Positions 24,006 to 38,300 of a stretch of DNA of 64,000 bases are shown here, in pieces. The DNA comes from Proteromonas lacertae. Taxonomy: Eukaryota. Positions within the stretch are counted from its first letter, which is position 1, and every line of letters begins with the position of its first letter. The stretch covers positions 1 to 64,000 of the forward strand of contig NGBS01001178.1 of assembly GCA_002245135.1 (NCBI GenBank), in the 5' to 3' direction. A program made the position numbers and the translations under genes. The notes under the pieces were generated by a model. It saw only the letters and a program-made list of their open reading frames with translations. It searched no databases and was not told the DNA's origin.

Positions 24006-26084
24006 GGATAGAGAAAAAATGAAACAACCAGAACAACCATCATCTACTTCATCAACAACAGTTAAATCAAAATCTCCTGATAAAGTTTATATTAATTGTC
24101 ATCATAATACTCTTATATATGAGAATATAAACTATAAACCTCCTAAAGATGCAATAATTACAATTGAACCAAGTATATATATATATATAAATCTAGATTT
24201 ACCCTATCATATTCGATTTAATAAAGACAAAGGAGTAATAGAAGGATATGTACATGATGATGTGAGAAATGGAGAATATGAAATGAAAATAACTTATATG
24301 GGATGTAAAATAAAAGAAATAACAATTGTTTTTAATATAGTTTTATCTCCCGTTTTAACATTTCGAAATGTCCACTTACAACCGCAACAACCGCAGATAG
24401 AACCACAAATTCAGCAGCAACAACAACAACAACAACAACAACAATCTATATTCTCTACAACACCTCCATTATCATCAATTCCATCAACAACATCTACTGT
24501 AACTCCAACCGTAACACCAAATAATTCACAACAACCAATACCTAAATTAGTATCATCTAATATGATATATATTGATTGCGAGAAAAATAAAGATATAAGA
24601 CAGGATATATTTTATATACCTCCTGATGGTGCAGTTATCACAATAGAACCTGGTATATAATACTTTATATTCTATTTATTAATATATATTTCTAGAATTA
24701 CCCCATAATTTAAAGTATGAAAGAGAGAATGGATTGATAACAGGAATTATGACTAGTAATATAATAAATGGTTTATATGAAATAAAAGTAAATTATATGG
24801 GTAACTTAGTTAAAGAAATAGCTATTATTATAAATGCTGTTACAGTATATACAACATCAATCTATGAATATTTACATCTGGATAAAAACTATACTAATAA
24901 TAACAACCAACAGAATTCTACATATCAATCTGATCGAAGTAAAAGGATTTTAAATTTAATTGTATCAAATGAAATTAAGATAAATGGATATGTAGGTGAT
25001 ATATTAGATGTTGATACTTCTTATATTCCAACAACAACGTATAGAACATCAATTGATCCACGTATTTTATAATTATATATGTTTGTTTTGTCATAGCATT
25101 ACCTTCTGGAATATTCTATAACTCTAAAAAAGGAATAATTTATGGTTCAGCAAAACAACCAATTAATGACCAGAAATTTATAATTACTATAAATGATGGA
25201 AAATATAATCTCATAAGGAAAATTATTCCATTAAATATTAACATTCTACAAAGAAATGTACCTCAACAACAACCTCCACCTCCTTCTGTTAATCAACCTA
25301 ATGATATGAATAAAATAGTCATTAATGGAACTATGAAAGAATATTTACATTATACACTTCCATTTCCATTTGATCCAGATGATAAATATAATTATACATT
25401 TAACCCTTTATTGCCTTATAAACTCTATTGTCATAACAATGTAATATATGGCTATCCTGAAATACCATGTGATAATAAAGAAATTAAACTGATCATAAGT
25501 AATCCAGCAAGTAATTCAATTGTTAGAATAGTTCATTTAATATTTAATATAGCTGATATAAGAAAAGCAGAAAAAATAGGTGATATACTTTCTCAAAATA
25601 ACAAAAGAAAAGCTGATGATGATTTATCATCATATAGCAATAAAAAAAGAAGATTAACAACGAATATGAGTAAATTGAATAAACATATAAATAATTCTAA
25701 TTCTAAAGAGAAACAACAATACTCAATAAGTATGCAACAGAAACAGCAACAATATGGATTTAGTTATGTACAATATCGCAATATGTTTGATAAAAACAAT
25801 TATATAACACCACCACCACTTCCTACTATACCTAAGAAATGTATAAATGATGATTTGTTATATAAAATATAGTTAAACCCTTTATTAAGGATCAAGACCT
25901 TGTTAATATGAAATGGGATAAATTGAGAATAAAGAGTTGGAGATCGAAGGTATTTAATTACAGATACAGATATCTCGAACCATATGAAGAAGAAAAGATG
26001 GGCGATTTTTCTAAAGAAGAGGATGAAATTTGTGAAAGAGCATATGAAAAGTATGACTATTTGGAAGGAGAAGAATTAGTATAA
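22317..26084 (+). CDS. BTB/BACK-like protein with poly-Q tracts and about 4 putative Ig-like (He_PIG-type) repeats
   Basis: SDIILKF...MLMKYYGYGLVDIDENNSVDFL (BTB-like) and IVPNESFIM (BACK-like). Repeated ITIEP/IDP/FNP-x-LP...G-x-I-x-G units. Multi-exon, with apparent frameshifts near 23345 and in the CAA run. Confidence 0.6.
23887..24004 (+). repeat. (CAA)n microsatellite encoding poly-Q
   Basis: About 120 bp of near-perfect CAA repeats with phase slips. Confidence 0.95.
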
Positions 26085-26287
26085 ATTTACTCAATTATGT
26101 TTATATATAGTGGAGTAAAGTTGCATTACATTTGATTGGACGAACAGGAATGCGATGTCGTTATCATATGGAGAAAAAACATGGGAAATTATCACCAACA
26201 TGAAATTACAATAATTAAAAAATAAAAATCTCATTTTATTGATATAAAAGATGATATAGACATACATACACACATATATTTTGTAGT

Positions 26288-27543
26288 TTATTGAATTTTC
26301 TGTGTTTGTTTAATATTTTCAAATTTCTGATACAATCTGTGACTGAGAGTTGTTAGTGAAGATATATCAAATGTTGATATTGGAATAACCTCTTCATTCT
26401 TTTTAATCTTTTTCATAAATATATCCAAGTTTTTCTTCGATTCTTTCACATCCATTTTATTTCCAATAATAATATATGGTTTTTCAACCATTGCATTATT
26501 ATAAGCTTTTAATTCTTTCTATTTAAATAATAACATACAAATAAAAAAGTACTTTTAAATCATCAAAATCATCGATTGGTTGTCTTCCATCACCTCCACT
26601 CATATCTATAACATATAATAAAAACTTTGTCCTTTCAATATGTCTAATAAACTCAATTCCTAATCCATTTGTATTGTCACTACTACCGCTCATTATTCCT
26701 GGAATATCAGCCATTGTGATTGTTATATTATTTTGATATTGAATATTTCCTATAGTTGGTATGAGTGTAGTAAATGGGTAATTCTTTATTATTGGTTTAC
26801 TGGTTGTCATTGCACTGAGTAAACTTGATTTTCCTGCATTTGGATAACCGACTAATCCTATATCTGCGATTGTTTTTAATTCTAGAAAATATTCAAAATT
26901 TTCTCCTCTTTTACCCATTATATCTTCGAGTTTTCTTATTGCATTTCGATGTTTCAATTGTTTTAAATTGTAATTTCCTTTACCTCCTTCTCCTCCATGT
27001 GCTAGACAGTATTTGTTATTTTCTTGTATTAGATCGGTTATGAAAACATATTCTTTTTTCATTGGACTAATAAAATAGAAAATTGTAATTATTAAATATA
27101 TATTATACTCAAATCTTTTTACAGATGTTCCAATTGGGACATTTATTGTAACTGATTTACCATCTGCTCCATGACAACATTCACCCATACCACCTGTTCC
27201 ATCTTCACCTTTAACGTGAATCATTTTAATTCTCAAATCTCTTAAGTCTATTATTTCAGATTAAATAAGCAATATTATACTCTTTTTACATTGAATATAT
27301 ACATCACCACCTTTTCCACCATTGCCTCCTGTTGGTATTTGTTTTACTGAATCTAACTTGTGAAAAGCGTTAGATCCTCTACCACCAGTTCCACCATGCA
27401 CATATATTTTAATACGATCTACTACTCCCACTCTACCTTTACCTGGAATGTAAATGCTTCGTTTTAAATTCTGGTTCAAAAAATTATGTCTAATACTTCT
27501 TGTTAACTGTATAGAATTTATTAATATTAATATAAAATACCAT
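26288..27543 (-). CDS. MTG2: Obg-family GTPase (mitochondrial MTG2-like)
   Basis: VDRIKIYVHGGTGGRG, GGNGGKGGDV, LELKTIADIGLVGYPNAGKSSLL, YPFTTL, ADIPG, NKMD. Confidence 0.88.
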
Positions 27544-27646
27544 ATTGTAATGTACAATGATAAAAATACAATTCTAAGCAGTATGGTGCAGCCAAAATTT
27601 TGGGTGAAAATTCTTATAAAATCTTTTTAAATTTTGATTTTTCTCA

Positions 27647-30600
27647 ATGAGTTTGTATCATTTAATATTAGTTATAACATTTGGTATCCTTACAGATGAA
27701 TTTATATTGGATTTTCATACATTTTTTTATTTTGTTGTTGAGTTTAACTCATCCATCATATTTTTCATCAAAGGTTTATGCTATGCTATAACTTACCTCA
27801 CAATAGCCTATTTTGTGTTTGAATTTTTCGTCAATATGCAAACAGAAGCTGAAGTGCGAAAGAACAGAAGAAGAGCCGAACAAATAGAACCACAAGTCGA
27901 TTACAATTTAGTAAAGTATATTTATAGTATAATAATCCAAAAATAGGCAAAAGCTCGATTCTGTTTGTGATACTCGATCTGCAAAGGAACAAATCATCGC
28001 CAATCTCAACTTACCTCCAGAAGTAGCAGAATCTATAGAAAATATAATAAAACTAATTCAAAGAGATTTTGTATTTAGTTGGTATCCAGAGCTGATTGGT
28101 GAAGACAATGCATTTCCATTAGCAGTACGTCAGGTGCTAAGTTTAGCCTTAGGATTAATAGTGCAAAAGATAATGAGCACCAACTTATTTCTATTCTTTT
28201 TTCGAGATTCAACTGAATTATTATTGAATGAATTAGAATTATATTCGAATATGAGAATAGAAGCAATGGAAAAGCATCCAGAATTATTCAAAGACATTAA
28301 TAAATCCGATCCAGATACAAATTATAAATATTTAAATGATATTGAAGCAGAATTCCCTAAAGAAATATTAGAAAATCGAGTAAAAGTGATACTAGAGGAA
28401 TATAAATATAGAAATCAGCTACATCCTGGTGTTCAAGATCCAGAGACTCAATCAGGTTATTTTCATAAAGTAGGAGATGAATTACTCAAGAAATTGGTAA
28501 ATGAAAATGATTTAAAGTGTTTAGGCTTTAGAATGATGGTTAGAGAAATATTATCTAATACAGTTTTAAAGAAATCAATTATTAGTTGTGATTCGAATTT
28601 ATTTAATGAAATTTTATTTGATTTTTTAAGGGAAAAGAGTAAAAGTGAAGAAGCTTTGGAGAATAATGATGAATTTGATGAAGATGATGATAGTTTACCA
28701 TTGATGAGTGATATTCCATTAGTATATTATTTATTTATTTATTTATTTATATAGTCTGATATTGCTTATCAATATGTAATCAATACAGACCGTGAAAATG
28801 CGGAATCTATTCTGAATAATGAAAAGGATGAATCGTTTTTATTAAGACATACAGTAGCTGATAGTAAGTTATTGATATTGTCTTATAAATATGAAGGTGT
28901 TATTTATCATGTTTCAATATATAAGAATGAAGATGATTTATTCTGTACAGGTATATATATATATATTATTATTTGTTGGAATAGATACAAAAGGTCCATG
29001 TAATACTTTAACTCAATTAGTTCAGCAATATAGTCATGTATTAAAATATGGAATTACTCAAAGAAGATCAAATATGTTATATGCTGAAAAGATGCCTTGG
29101 GCTTTGTCCAACAGGAAGAATTCCTCTACTGTATCTACTAATGATCCACTACTCAATGTCATATCTCCTCAAACTCCTACTCAAGCCCAAGAACAAACTC
29201 AGATTACTCCACCAAATGTAAAAGTAATAGATACAACAACAGAATTGAATAATAGTGAAATATCAAATGATAATAATAATGGTGATCCTTTAACTCCAAT
29301 TGAGAATAGAACAAACCTAAAGCTTGATCAAACAGATGATATGAATCAGAATAACGTTAATGCTAGAAGAGTATTTATTTATTTATTTATTTTTATATTT
29401 AATTATTAGGGATCTTCAACTCTAACAGCAACAACAGGAACAACAAGTGTAACATCTGATGGAGAAAGCAGTACAGACAGTGATTCAGAGGATGAATTAA
29501 CTGAAGAATTATATAGTAAAGAACAATTGTATAATACAATGACTGGATATATAGAAACAATAACATCAAAGTTCATGGCAAATCCAGAGATAAAGTATTC
29601 AGAGAATGATGAAATAATGAACAAATTAATAACAATAATTGAATTAATATTAGATCATCATATAAGGTCACAATATAAAACTTATTGGAATTTTGTATCA
29701 AACAAAATACAAGGTATATATATATATATATATTCTATTAGATTTGAAGAGTTATGATGGTATAAATAAATACTTCAAAGCAAAAGCTTGGTTATATAAT
29801 TCAATAAATACAAAAACATTTACAACACGTTTGGAAGAACTATGTAATGACAATATTTTAGTATCAAAGTATTATCATTTTAATTCATTTTTAAGAGATA
29901 AAACAATGGTATTATTATTATTATTCTTTATATATTTGAAATAGTGTAGTAAATTTATTAGTTTATCAGCTGGTTTAATTCCTCTTAATATACATCTAAC
30001 AATTGAACCTCAAGCTTTTACTCGAGAGTATAATAATTTATTGTTTAAATTGTTTTTTTATAGAGGAACACCAAATGATATACCTCAGCTATTTGCAGGA
30101 TTAACTACTCCAAAATGTATTTTATTAATATATATAATATAATATAATAGCAAAGAAAAGTTCATCATCTATCTCCAAGTTCTTTAGTAAGAATAAAGAA
30201 TTAAAATCATCAGCAATGATTCAACAAACAATGACAAAATCAATAAATCGTATAATTATATCTTATTATATTATATAGCCGGAGTATTATCTGATTTATT
30301 TGGTAAAACATCAGATGCAGTTCCATCTCCAATATTACATCGAGAAATTGACGAAATAAACAATTTACCCAATTTAGAGATTTCAATGAGAAAATTTCAA
30401 ACAGCTGTTGAGAATAAAAAGACATTTATTGAATATGAAATATTAGTAAAAACTGATGATAGAGAATATTCGATATTACGAAGATATAATCGATTTTATC
30501 AATTACACAAAAGATTGGTTGAATTGAGATTATTAGATGGAAAGAATATAAAATTACCTCCAAAGAATATTGGATTATTTACATTCAATAAAATCGATCA

Positions 30601-31466
30601 AGAATTAATTAATGATCGAAAGAAAGGGTTAGAAAGATATTTAAAAGAAATAATTGTAATTCCTGGAGTTAGGAATTGTAAGTTGTTTCAATCTTTTCTT
30701 GAATCTGATCAACCAAGTGAAATGAATAAATCACAATCACAGTCTCATTTAAAAGCAAATAAATCATCAGATGGGTCAAGAAAACTATCAACAATGAATG
30801 ATCCAAATAATTTAAATCAAGAAAATGAAAATGGTATATATTAATGATTATAATAATGATAGAAAAGAATGAAGATAGAATGCTTAGCAGTGTATTACAA
30901 ATTGATCCTCATGAGTTAGAAATTACTGAAGATATAATATATAATTTGATTTTAGAATCCTGTGATTGTAGAAGACAAAATTTTATGAAAAGACAAGTAG
31001 TAAAAGGATTTAAAAGGTATATTATTATTATTATTATTATTTATGTTTATGATTGAAATAGATTTATAAAATTGTCACTTCGAGGAAGTATTTACAAAGT
31101 TGCAAGAGATTTAACAATGAAATTAACAAGTCCTTCAACTGTAGTTGAATATATATCGTGGTTACAAGAAAAACTATGGGTAAAAGGTAAAGGTAAATTT
31201 TTACCAGAAAAACCACCCAAAACATTAGAAGAAAAAGAAGAAACAAGAAAGAATGTATAAGTAATAATAATATTGAATAGTTATGGATTGCTTTTCATAA
31301 ATGTTTACCAGGATTTGTAGAAATTGTGCTAGGAAGCAATACGAAAAGTGGAACAATGAAAATATTTGAATATATGCAATCTGATATTCTACTTCGTCAT
31401 GTTTTGTTGAAGTTTATTGATTTATGTTTATTAAAATTATATGATATAAAACCTGGTTATGAATAA
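27647..31466 (+). CDS. PXA-family sorting nexin with PXA, SH2, RUN, PX and PXC domains
   Basis: N-terminal hydrophobic segments. PXA: IQRDFVFSWY...HP...VREILSNTVL. SH2-like: DRENAESIL...FLLR...LILSY...HVSI...LTQLVQQY. RUN: KAKAWLYNSIN...YYHFNSFLRD. PX: YSILRRYNRFYQLHKRL...LPPK...RKKGLERYL. PXC: YISWLQEKLW...IFEYMQ...LRH. Confidence 0.8.
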
Positions 31467-32044
31467 AAGAATGTAATATTTAGATAATATTCCTTTATGT
31501 ATTTTTTTTTCTTTTCTAAATACAAATAATTAGATAGTTTAATTAAGTGAATAGTTTTTAAAATCAGAAATTTAATCTTCCTAATTGTTGAAAATGTTTT
31601 TTAAAATGATTTTATTTCTGATTTATCTATATCTTCTTTTATAGTTATTGATAATACATCTAAATCTTCAAATTCGTTTATTTCTTTGCATTGGTGGCGA
31701 ATTATAAATCATCTCGCATTCCATAATAATCTTCATATTCTTCACCTAATTTCAACAGTTGTTTTAGTTCATTCATTGATATTATTTCTTCTATTGCTAA
31801 TTCGATAATTCTGTTTTTATATCTATTTCATAAATATATTCAATATGTATTATAGCTATTTTCAATAAACTCTTCTCAATCTTTATAATATTTAAAAACA
31901 AAAATTTGAAGTAATTATAATGATGAAAAGAGAATAAAACAAAGAAAAATGTGATGATTAATGAGATGATGTGTTCAACATATTAATTCTATATTCAATT
32001 CTAATTTTGGAACAATTATAAAAATATATTCGTTTTATTCAAAA

Positions 32045-32472
32045 ATGTCATTTCTATTAAACAACAGTTCTTCAGTATATAGAATTTAATTTATGGAATT
32101 CTTTACATTAAAATAGATAAATGAATCACATGAAAAAGAAGAATCACATCCTTTCGTGAATGATTTAGTTGGAATAGGCAAATCAGTATGAATATATGGT
32201 AGTAATATTTACATTTAGGTTTTACATTTTACATCCAAGGCTCTTTGGATTATTGGTTCTTCAGCAGTTTTAATCGGTATCCCTTTGTTATTAGAAGTAT
32301 ATATTTATTGTTATTATGAATGCATAATGATTGTATATTATAGGTTCATCGAGATCAACAGTATACAGAAATGGAAGTAAGACAATCAAATTTCTTAACT
32401 GCTCAAGGTTATAGTCCAGCTCAAATAAGTCAATTAAAGGAAGGTGTAACAAATGGGAATAGAGCTCTGTAG
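32045..32472 (+). CDS. TOM22: Mitochondrial import receptor Tom22 (short, Tom9-like)
   Basis: Spliced FTSKALWIIGSSAVLIGIPLLLEVHRDQQYTEME matches the Tom22 W...S...P transmembrane signature. Three introns; absent from the ORF track. Confidence 0.72.
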
Positions 32473-32689
32473 ATATATAATTAATTCATTTCTTATGTTT
32501 CTATTTTATTGTTGTAGAAATAATGTAGGTCAGAATATGGAATGATATAAATACTTATTGTTCATGCTATTGCGATTTTTATTACCTATCCTATTTTATA
32601 TACAACATCAAGGCTTGAGCAATCAAACTGACCAACAGAAAGTTATATTTTTTTCGTTTTTTGAAAGAATTGTTTACATTATAAAATCA

Positions 32690-33895
32690 ATGCAATGTTC
32701 TAGTCTTAGGGGTTTACCGCCCCCTGTACATTTCATAATGCTGAATCAGCCAGATGATGAAGAATGTATAGAATTGTCTGTGGGTAGTAAGTCAGTCAGA
32801 ACTCCTCGTAAAAATGCTTCAAATGTATCAGCTTTGGGTAGTGATGTTCCAAGTCGTAGACATAGTCTTACAAAATGTATAATTGGTAATTATCAAAAGA
32901 TGACTCGTTCTGCTACTGTAAAAAACATATTGTTACTGCATTCATGTGAAAATTCACCTAAACCAGTATAAATTCATCTATAATTTATTTTAAATATAGA
33001 TATTACCAGTTTTTTCTCAATCCGTAAGGGATTCTATAAATTCATCAATTATACAAAATAGTGGCAATGTTCATTCTGCAATATCAATGGAAACCAGTCA
33101 CAGAAGCCAAGATGAATTAAAATTTCAAAAAACAATAATAATTCAACGACTAGTCAGGAAGTATTTAATACGACGAAGATTAGTGGTTAAGAACAATCAA
33201 AGATTTGAAGCTAAGTGTATAATTGAAAAAGAGATCCAATATCGAGATGATATTTGGTATGACAATTTTCAAAAATTAACCTTTGAAGAGCAGAAAATAT
33301 TAATTAAAAACGCATATAAAGAAATAAAAAATATGGTAAAAATCCTATATACCAAAGAAAACGATAATATTACATTAGATTTAAAGTATCGAGTTTTATA
33401 TTATCTATTCGTTCCTCTCACAAATGATGGTAATGATAAATATCATATAACTCCAGAAACAGCTTCAGAATTAACTAGAAAGATATTAAGAATCCCAATT
33501 TCACATGAGCATCTAATAGGAGGAATAAATGGAATATTTAATAATAAGCCATTTACAAGTAGCAGAATAGAATTTTCTATATATGCCAAATGGTGTTTAG
33601 ATTACATTAAGAATAATTATGGTTTTTCTTATCGTTTAATGCAGTATATTATATGTGATGATGATTATGATGGTTCTTATGTAATGTATATATATTATAT
33701 AATGTTCATTATTATGTAAATAGCAATTTTTTACAAATCAAGTCTTTACTATATGACGAATATATTAATTTGTACAAATTTGACAAATGTAATCCTCCAA
33801 ATTTTATATGTGAGTTTTGTAGAAAACCATTTTCACTTTCAACAGAATTAGAATATCATTTAACAATGTGTGGAGAAAAGAGGTTGAAAGAATAA
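32690..33895 (+). CDS. Hypothetical protein with an IQ motif and a C-terminal zinc finger
   Basis: IIIQRLVRKYLIRR (IQ-like) and CEFCRKPFSLSTELEYHLTMC. Multi-exon. Confidence 0.6.
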
Positions 33896-34072
33896 CAAAC
33901 AGAGATTAAATGCCATTATTAATATATATATGTCCTTTTCATACATCCAAATTTATGTTTTTTTTAATTAGTTTTTGAATAGTTCGTAAGCTTTAGTGTA
34001 ATTTTTGTTTTTTAATTTTTATAATTTTTTTTTTTAAGAAAATAACAAACAATATACATATATCAATTATCA

Positions 34073-35117
34073 TTACAATGTTTGTTTCTGCAATTTTAAC
34101 TTATCAACAACAGATACAGGTAATGCATAAGTAGGATCAATCTGATTATATTCAATATTATTCTTCTCCAAATAGCCAGTCAACGCCAAACCACATAATC
34201 CAAAAAAAGTGTGAAATATATCACTTACATCATCACTTCTATCAGCAATTCCACCATGAACCTTATCTTGAGCACTTAATATAAATTTCACTAATAAATC
34301 ATTATCGATCCACTTTAATTTACCAATAATTGATAAAACTGATACAATCCACCAACTATAGCAAACATCAGCTTGTTTTTCAGGTCTTCCATTTAAACCA
34401 CCAGAGTCACATTGTCTCTCGCTTAACCACCAGCCTAAATCATCAATTTTGTCTTTAATTCTATCTAATTCCTTCATTATTGATAAGAATCCTATACAAC
34501 AGAATATTTGTCCACCATGTGACTCAGTACCTGGAACACAACCAAATCCTCCATCAAAATTTTGACAATTAATTACAAATTCTATTGTTTTTTCTCTGTT
34601 ATGTAGTTTTGATAGTCCTCCTAATATTGATAAAGCATTTACTGCTGTGTAGGAGAATCTTGTGTCTACTTCACCCCACTTATCTCCTTTAAATGAACCA
34701 TCTTCATTTTCTAAACTTAATATGTAATTAATCACTTTTTCTCTATCTATTTTCTCTATACTATAATAAATTGCTAAAATTTGAACAGCAGACAGAGTAT
34801 ATCTAAATATTATTAATAATTATTATATGTAATAGAAATACAGTAGATGAGAATCAAAACCAATACTTGAACCAAAACCGCCATCTTCATTTTGACATTT
34901 CAATACAAATTCAATCACTTCTTCTTTATTCATTCTATCTAGCTCATGTATTACGGATAATGCAGATATTCCCCAATATATACCACTCATTCTTAAATAT
35001 TCAGAAATTGACTATATGGTTATACAAAAATTATACATATTCTATTGAATCTTTATCATTTCCCACTTTAACAATAAAAGCAGCATGTTTATCCTTTAGA
35101 AATTCAGTTTCAGACAT
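34073..35117 (-). CDS. RABGGTB: Rab geranylgeranyltransferase beta subunit
   Basis: EYLRMSGIYWG, GEVDTRFSY, ESHGGQIFCC, GGLNGRPEKQADVCYSWW, DIFHTFFG. Confidence 0.93.
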
Positions 35118-35380
35118 TTTAATTATCAAGCCTATTATTCTTCTCAAGCTTATTTATTCTAAATTCCTCTTTATTCCTCAGATGTATTATAATTTTATTC
35201 ATAATTTCATAAGTACAGAAGGATGTACAAAAATTAATAATGATAATATATCTATCGCAGTTAATATTCTGATTGTTTTTTTTTCTTTCTTTTCTTACAA
35301 ACAATAAAGTATAATAATAATAAATCTTATATAGTATCAGCTAGATTGCTTTTAATCACATCACTCATTGTGTCAGTTAT

Positions 35381-38300
35381 TTAATAATAACAATCCTTAT
35401 ATTTATTGTTCTGAACATTTACAAAGCTTATGTAGAATTGTATTTCATCAAATGTATAACATATTACATCTTTATTCTTCATTACTTCTTTATAGAGATA
35501 TTTTTTATTTCTACCTTTAGTCATTTCTTCAAATTCTTTTGGATATTTGGATATTTTTCGATTAGCTTTTAATTTTATACTCACTTGATTATTTGGGCTT
35601 ATATAGAATAATCCATATGGAGAACTATCATTAATTGATGTTGAGGTTTTGAAAAACATTCTATATAGGTTTTGAAGAATCATTATCATCTCAGGTGCTA
35701 ATGTATGACTATTTCCAACTGTAATTTGAATACCATATGGACCTAGTAATAAATCTATATCGGGGAAACTAGGATTATAACTCAAATCGATTATTTTAAA
35801 TATTGTATTACTTTCATTAGCATTAAATTCACCTATTTCTCTTTGTAAATCACCATCATTTGAAACTTCAACTATTTCCTTTTTATCGAAAACAATATAT
35901 TTATTCCTTCTTTCATCTACTTCAAATTCTTTAATTTCATTAATCAAACTCTCATAAAAAGGATTACAGTTCTTCATTAAAAATGATATGATTCTTTCAT
36001 ATAATATTCCGGCTAAACTTCCTACTGGATTATCTTTTAATAATTTCATCATTCTTTCACAACTTTCTTTATCATTTATCTTATAAAGTCTATCACATAC
36101 CATCTTTTTGATTTCTTCAGATATAAATATAAGACGATTGGATTTAAAAATACCATTTTCATCTTCATATGTATCATAAATCAATATTCTATCATATTCA
36201 ACTTTTGAAAATGGAGATTTATCTATCCCTTTTATTATTTCTTCTATCATCACCTTGCTCTTTTCATTAGTAATTGTATTTTCGAATTGAATTACTAAAT
36301 TCTCATCATCATCATAATATCCAATAACACCTTTATATAATGGATATTTTTCTCTATATTCATATCTACTTCCTTCATTTGTGAAAAGTCCAAATGTTAT
36401 TCTTTTACTATATGCAAATCCTTTAAAGTCCATATCATAATATATCCAAGGTTTGATTGATTCAACTTTTTCTACTTCTTCTTTTGTAAATGGAGGTATA
36501 TACATTATTGATGGACATCTTTTACTTTGAAATGTTTTATATTCCTTCTTAGATGGATTGGCTAATAATATTATCATTTTTGCATCAGCATAATCATCTT
36601 CACCAATTACTGTTCCATCAGATATTACAATTTGAATATTATTTCCCTTATCATAATAAGGATTATTACCTTCTCCTTTACTTATATTAAGTATACTAGC
36701 ATAAGAATAATAATCATGAATTATTTCCATAAGAATATCAGCTAAAATTGTTTTTCCTATTTTTTCATGACCAAATATTAAATAATTTCTTTGATTATCA
36801 TAATTGAAATCAAAAGTTGAGGGAAAAATAAAATTAAACATCTTATAAAAACAATCTCTCATCAAATAAACATTTTTATACTGTATATATATATCCATTA
36901 GTTGAGATCCTTCAGATAGTTCTAATTGTTCTTGTTGTTGAGATGTTGGTAATTGTTGTTTCCGTTGTAGTTGTAGCTGTTGTTGTAGGTGTAGTTGTAG
37001 TTGAATCAGTGGTGGTAATTGCTCTAGTTGTTGTTGCTCGACATGTTGATGTAGGTTTAATTGTTTTAGTTGTTCAAGTTGCAGCTGTTGTTGTTCCAGA
37101 TGATTTAATTCATCCAAGTGTTGTTGTTGTAGTTGTAGTAGTAGTTGTTGTTCTTCTAGTAGTAGTAGTTGTAGTTGCTCTTGTAGCTCTTGAAGTCGTT
37201 GTTGTAATTTCAAAAGTTGTGGTTGTTGCTGTTGTTGTTCATTTTCTTGAAGAGTTTGTAGCTGTTGTAGCAATTGTTCTAGTTGAGGTTGTAGCTGTTG
37301 TTTCAGTTGTCCTATTAGTTTTAGTTGTTTTTCTTTTAAATCTTCTAGTTGTAGTTGTAGATCATCAACAATTTCTTTCTTTTCTTCTAGTTTTTTAGTT
37401 ACTAATTGTGATTGAAGATTTGATATGTTGATGATATCACTACATTTTACTACTCTCTTTTCTATTAAACAATATATAAAATCACCATCTTCCTTTGCAC
37501 TGTATTTCTATTTTATTAAAATATAAAATATACTCTTATAGATTCTATAAGATTTGTTTTAATTTTGTCTGGTATGTTATTCTTATTAAACTCTTTACCT
37601 TTATCTAATTTCTCACCATCTAATAATACTTTTATAAACACTCCATTCATTATCAAATCAAAGAAATTATTATCATCTAATATATAAAATACTGTATGTA
37701 ATGCTTTTGGAGGATGATAAGATGGAACATATAAATCAGAATTGATTTTGAAATTAGGATTCTTAATCATGATATTTCCTCCATTAAAATCATTACATTT
37801 CAACTTAATTATACCACTGCTTAATTCATATGCTATTATCTGTTTTAATGCCATTCTTCTCATATATTCATCTTTAATTGATGTATAATATTCTTCAACT
37901 TTGTGATATTCATCTTCATCTTTAGGTGGAATGAATTTACATACTATAAATTTTTCTACTTCTTCAGAAACGAACTTTAAATAGTCTTTTGGTTTTAATA
38001 TAAAATCTTTTAATTCGTTATCCCATATTGATATTAAATCATATTTCAATATTATATTAGATAATTCATTCATTTTCAATTTTTCTTTCCCCATATAATC
38101 ATTTACAAACTTACTATAACCTGTTGTTCCTACTACACTTTCTATCAACTGTTTATAATATATCCAATAATCACCATTATAGTTACTGTTATATAAATAA
38201 TGGTAATATATTTGTCGAGGTATATTACCATATCTTTCACATACTTTACCAAAATCAGCATCTTTATCAAAACCAATACAGTTTGTAAACCACTCATTGA

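Noticed and set aside
23698..24043. Minus-strand poly-L/C/V ORFs
   Set aside because: Antisense shadows of the CAA microsatellite in the plus-strand BTB gene.
36943..37398. Plus-strand Val-rich 151-aa ORF
   Set aside because: Antisense of the Q/L-rich linker of the minus-strand Crinkler/RHS-like gene.
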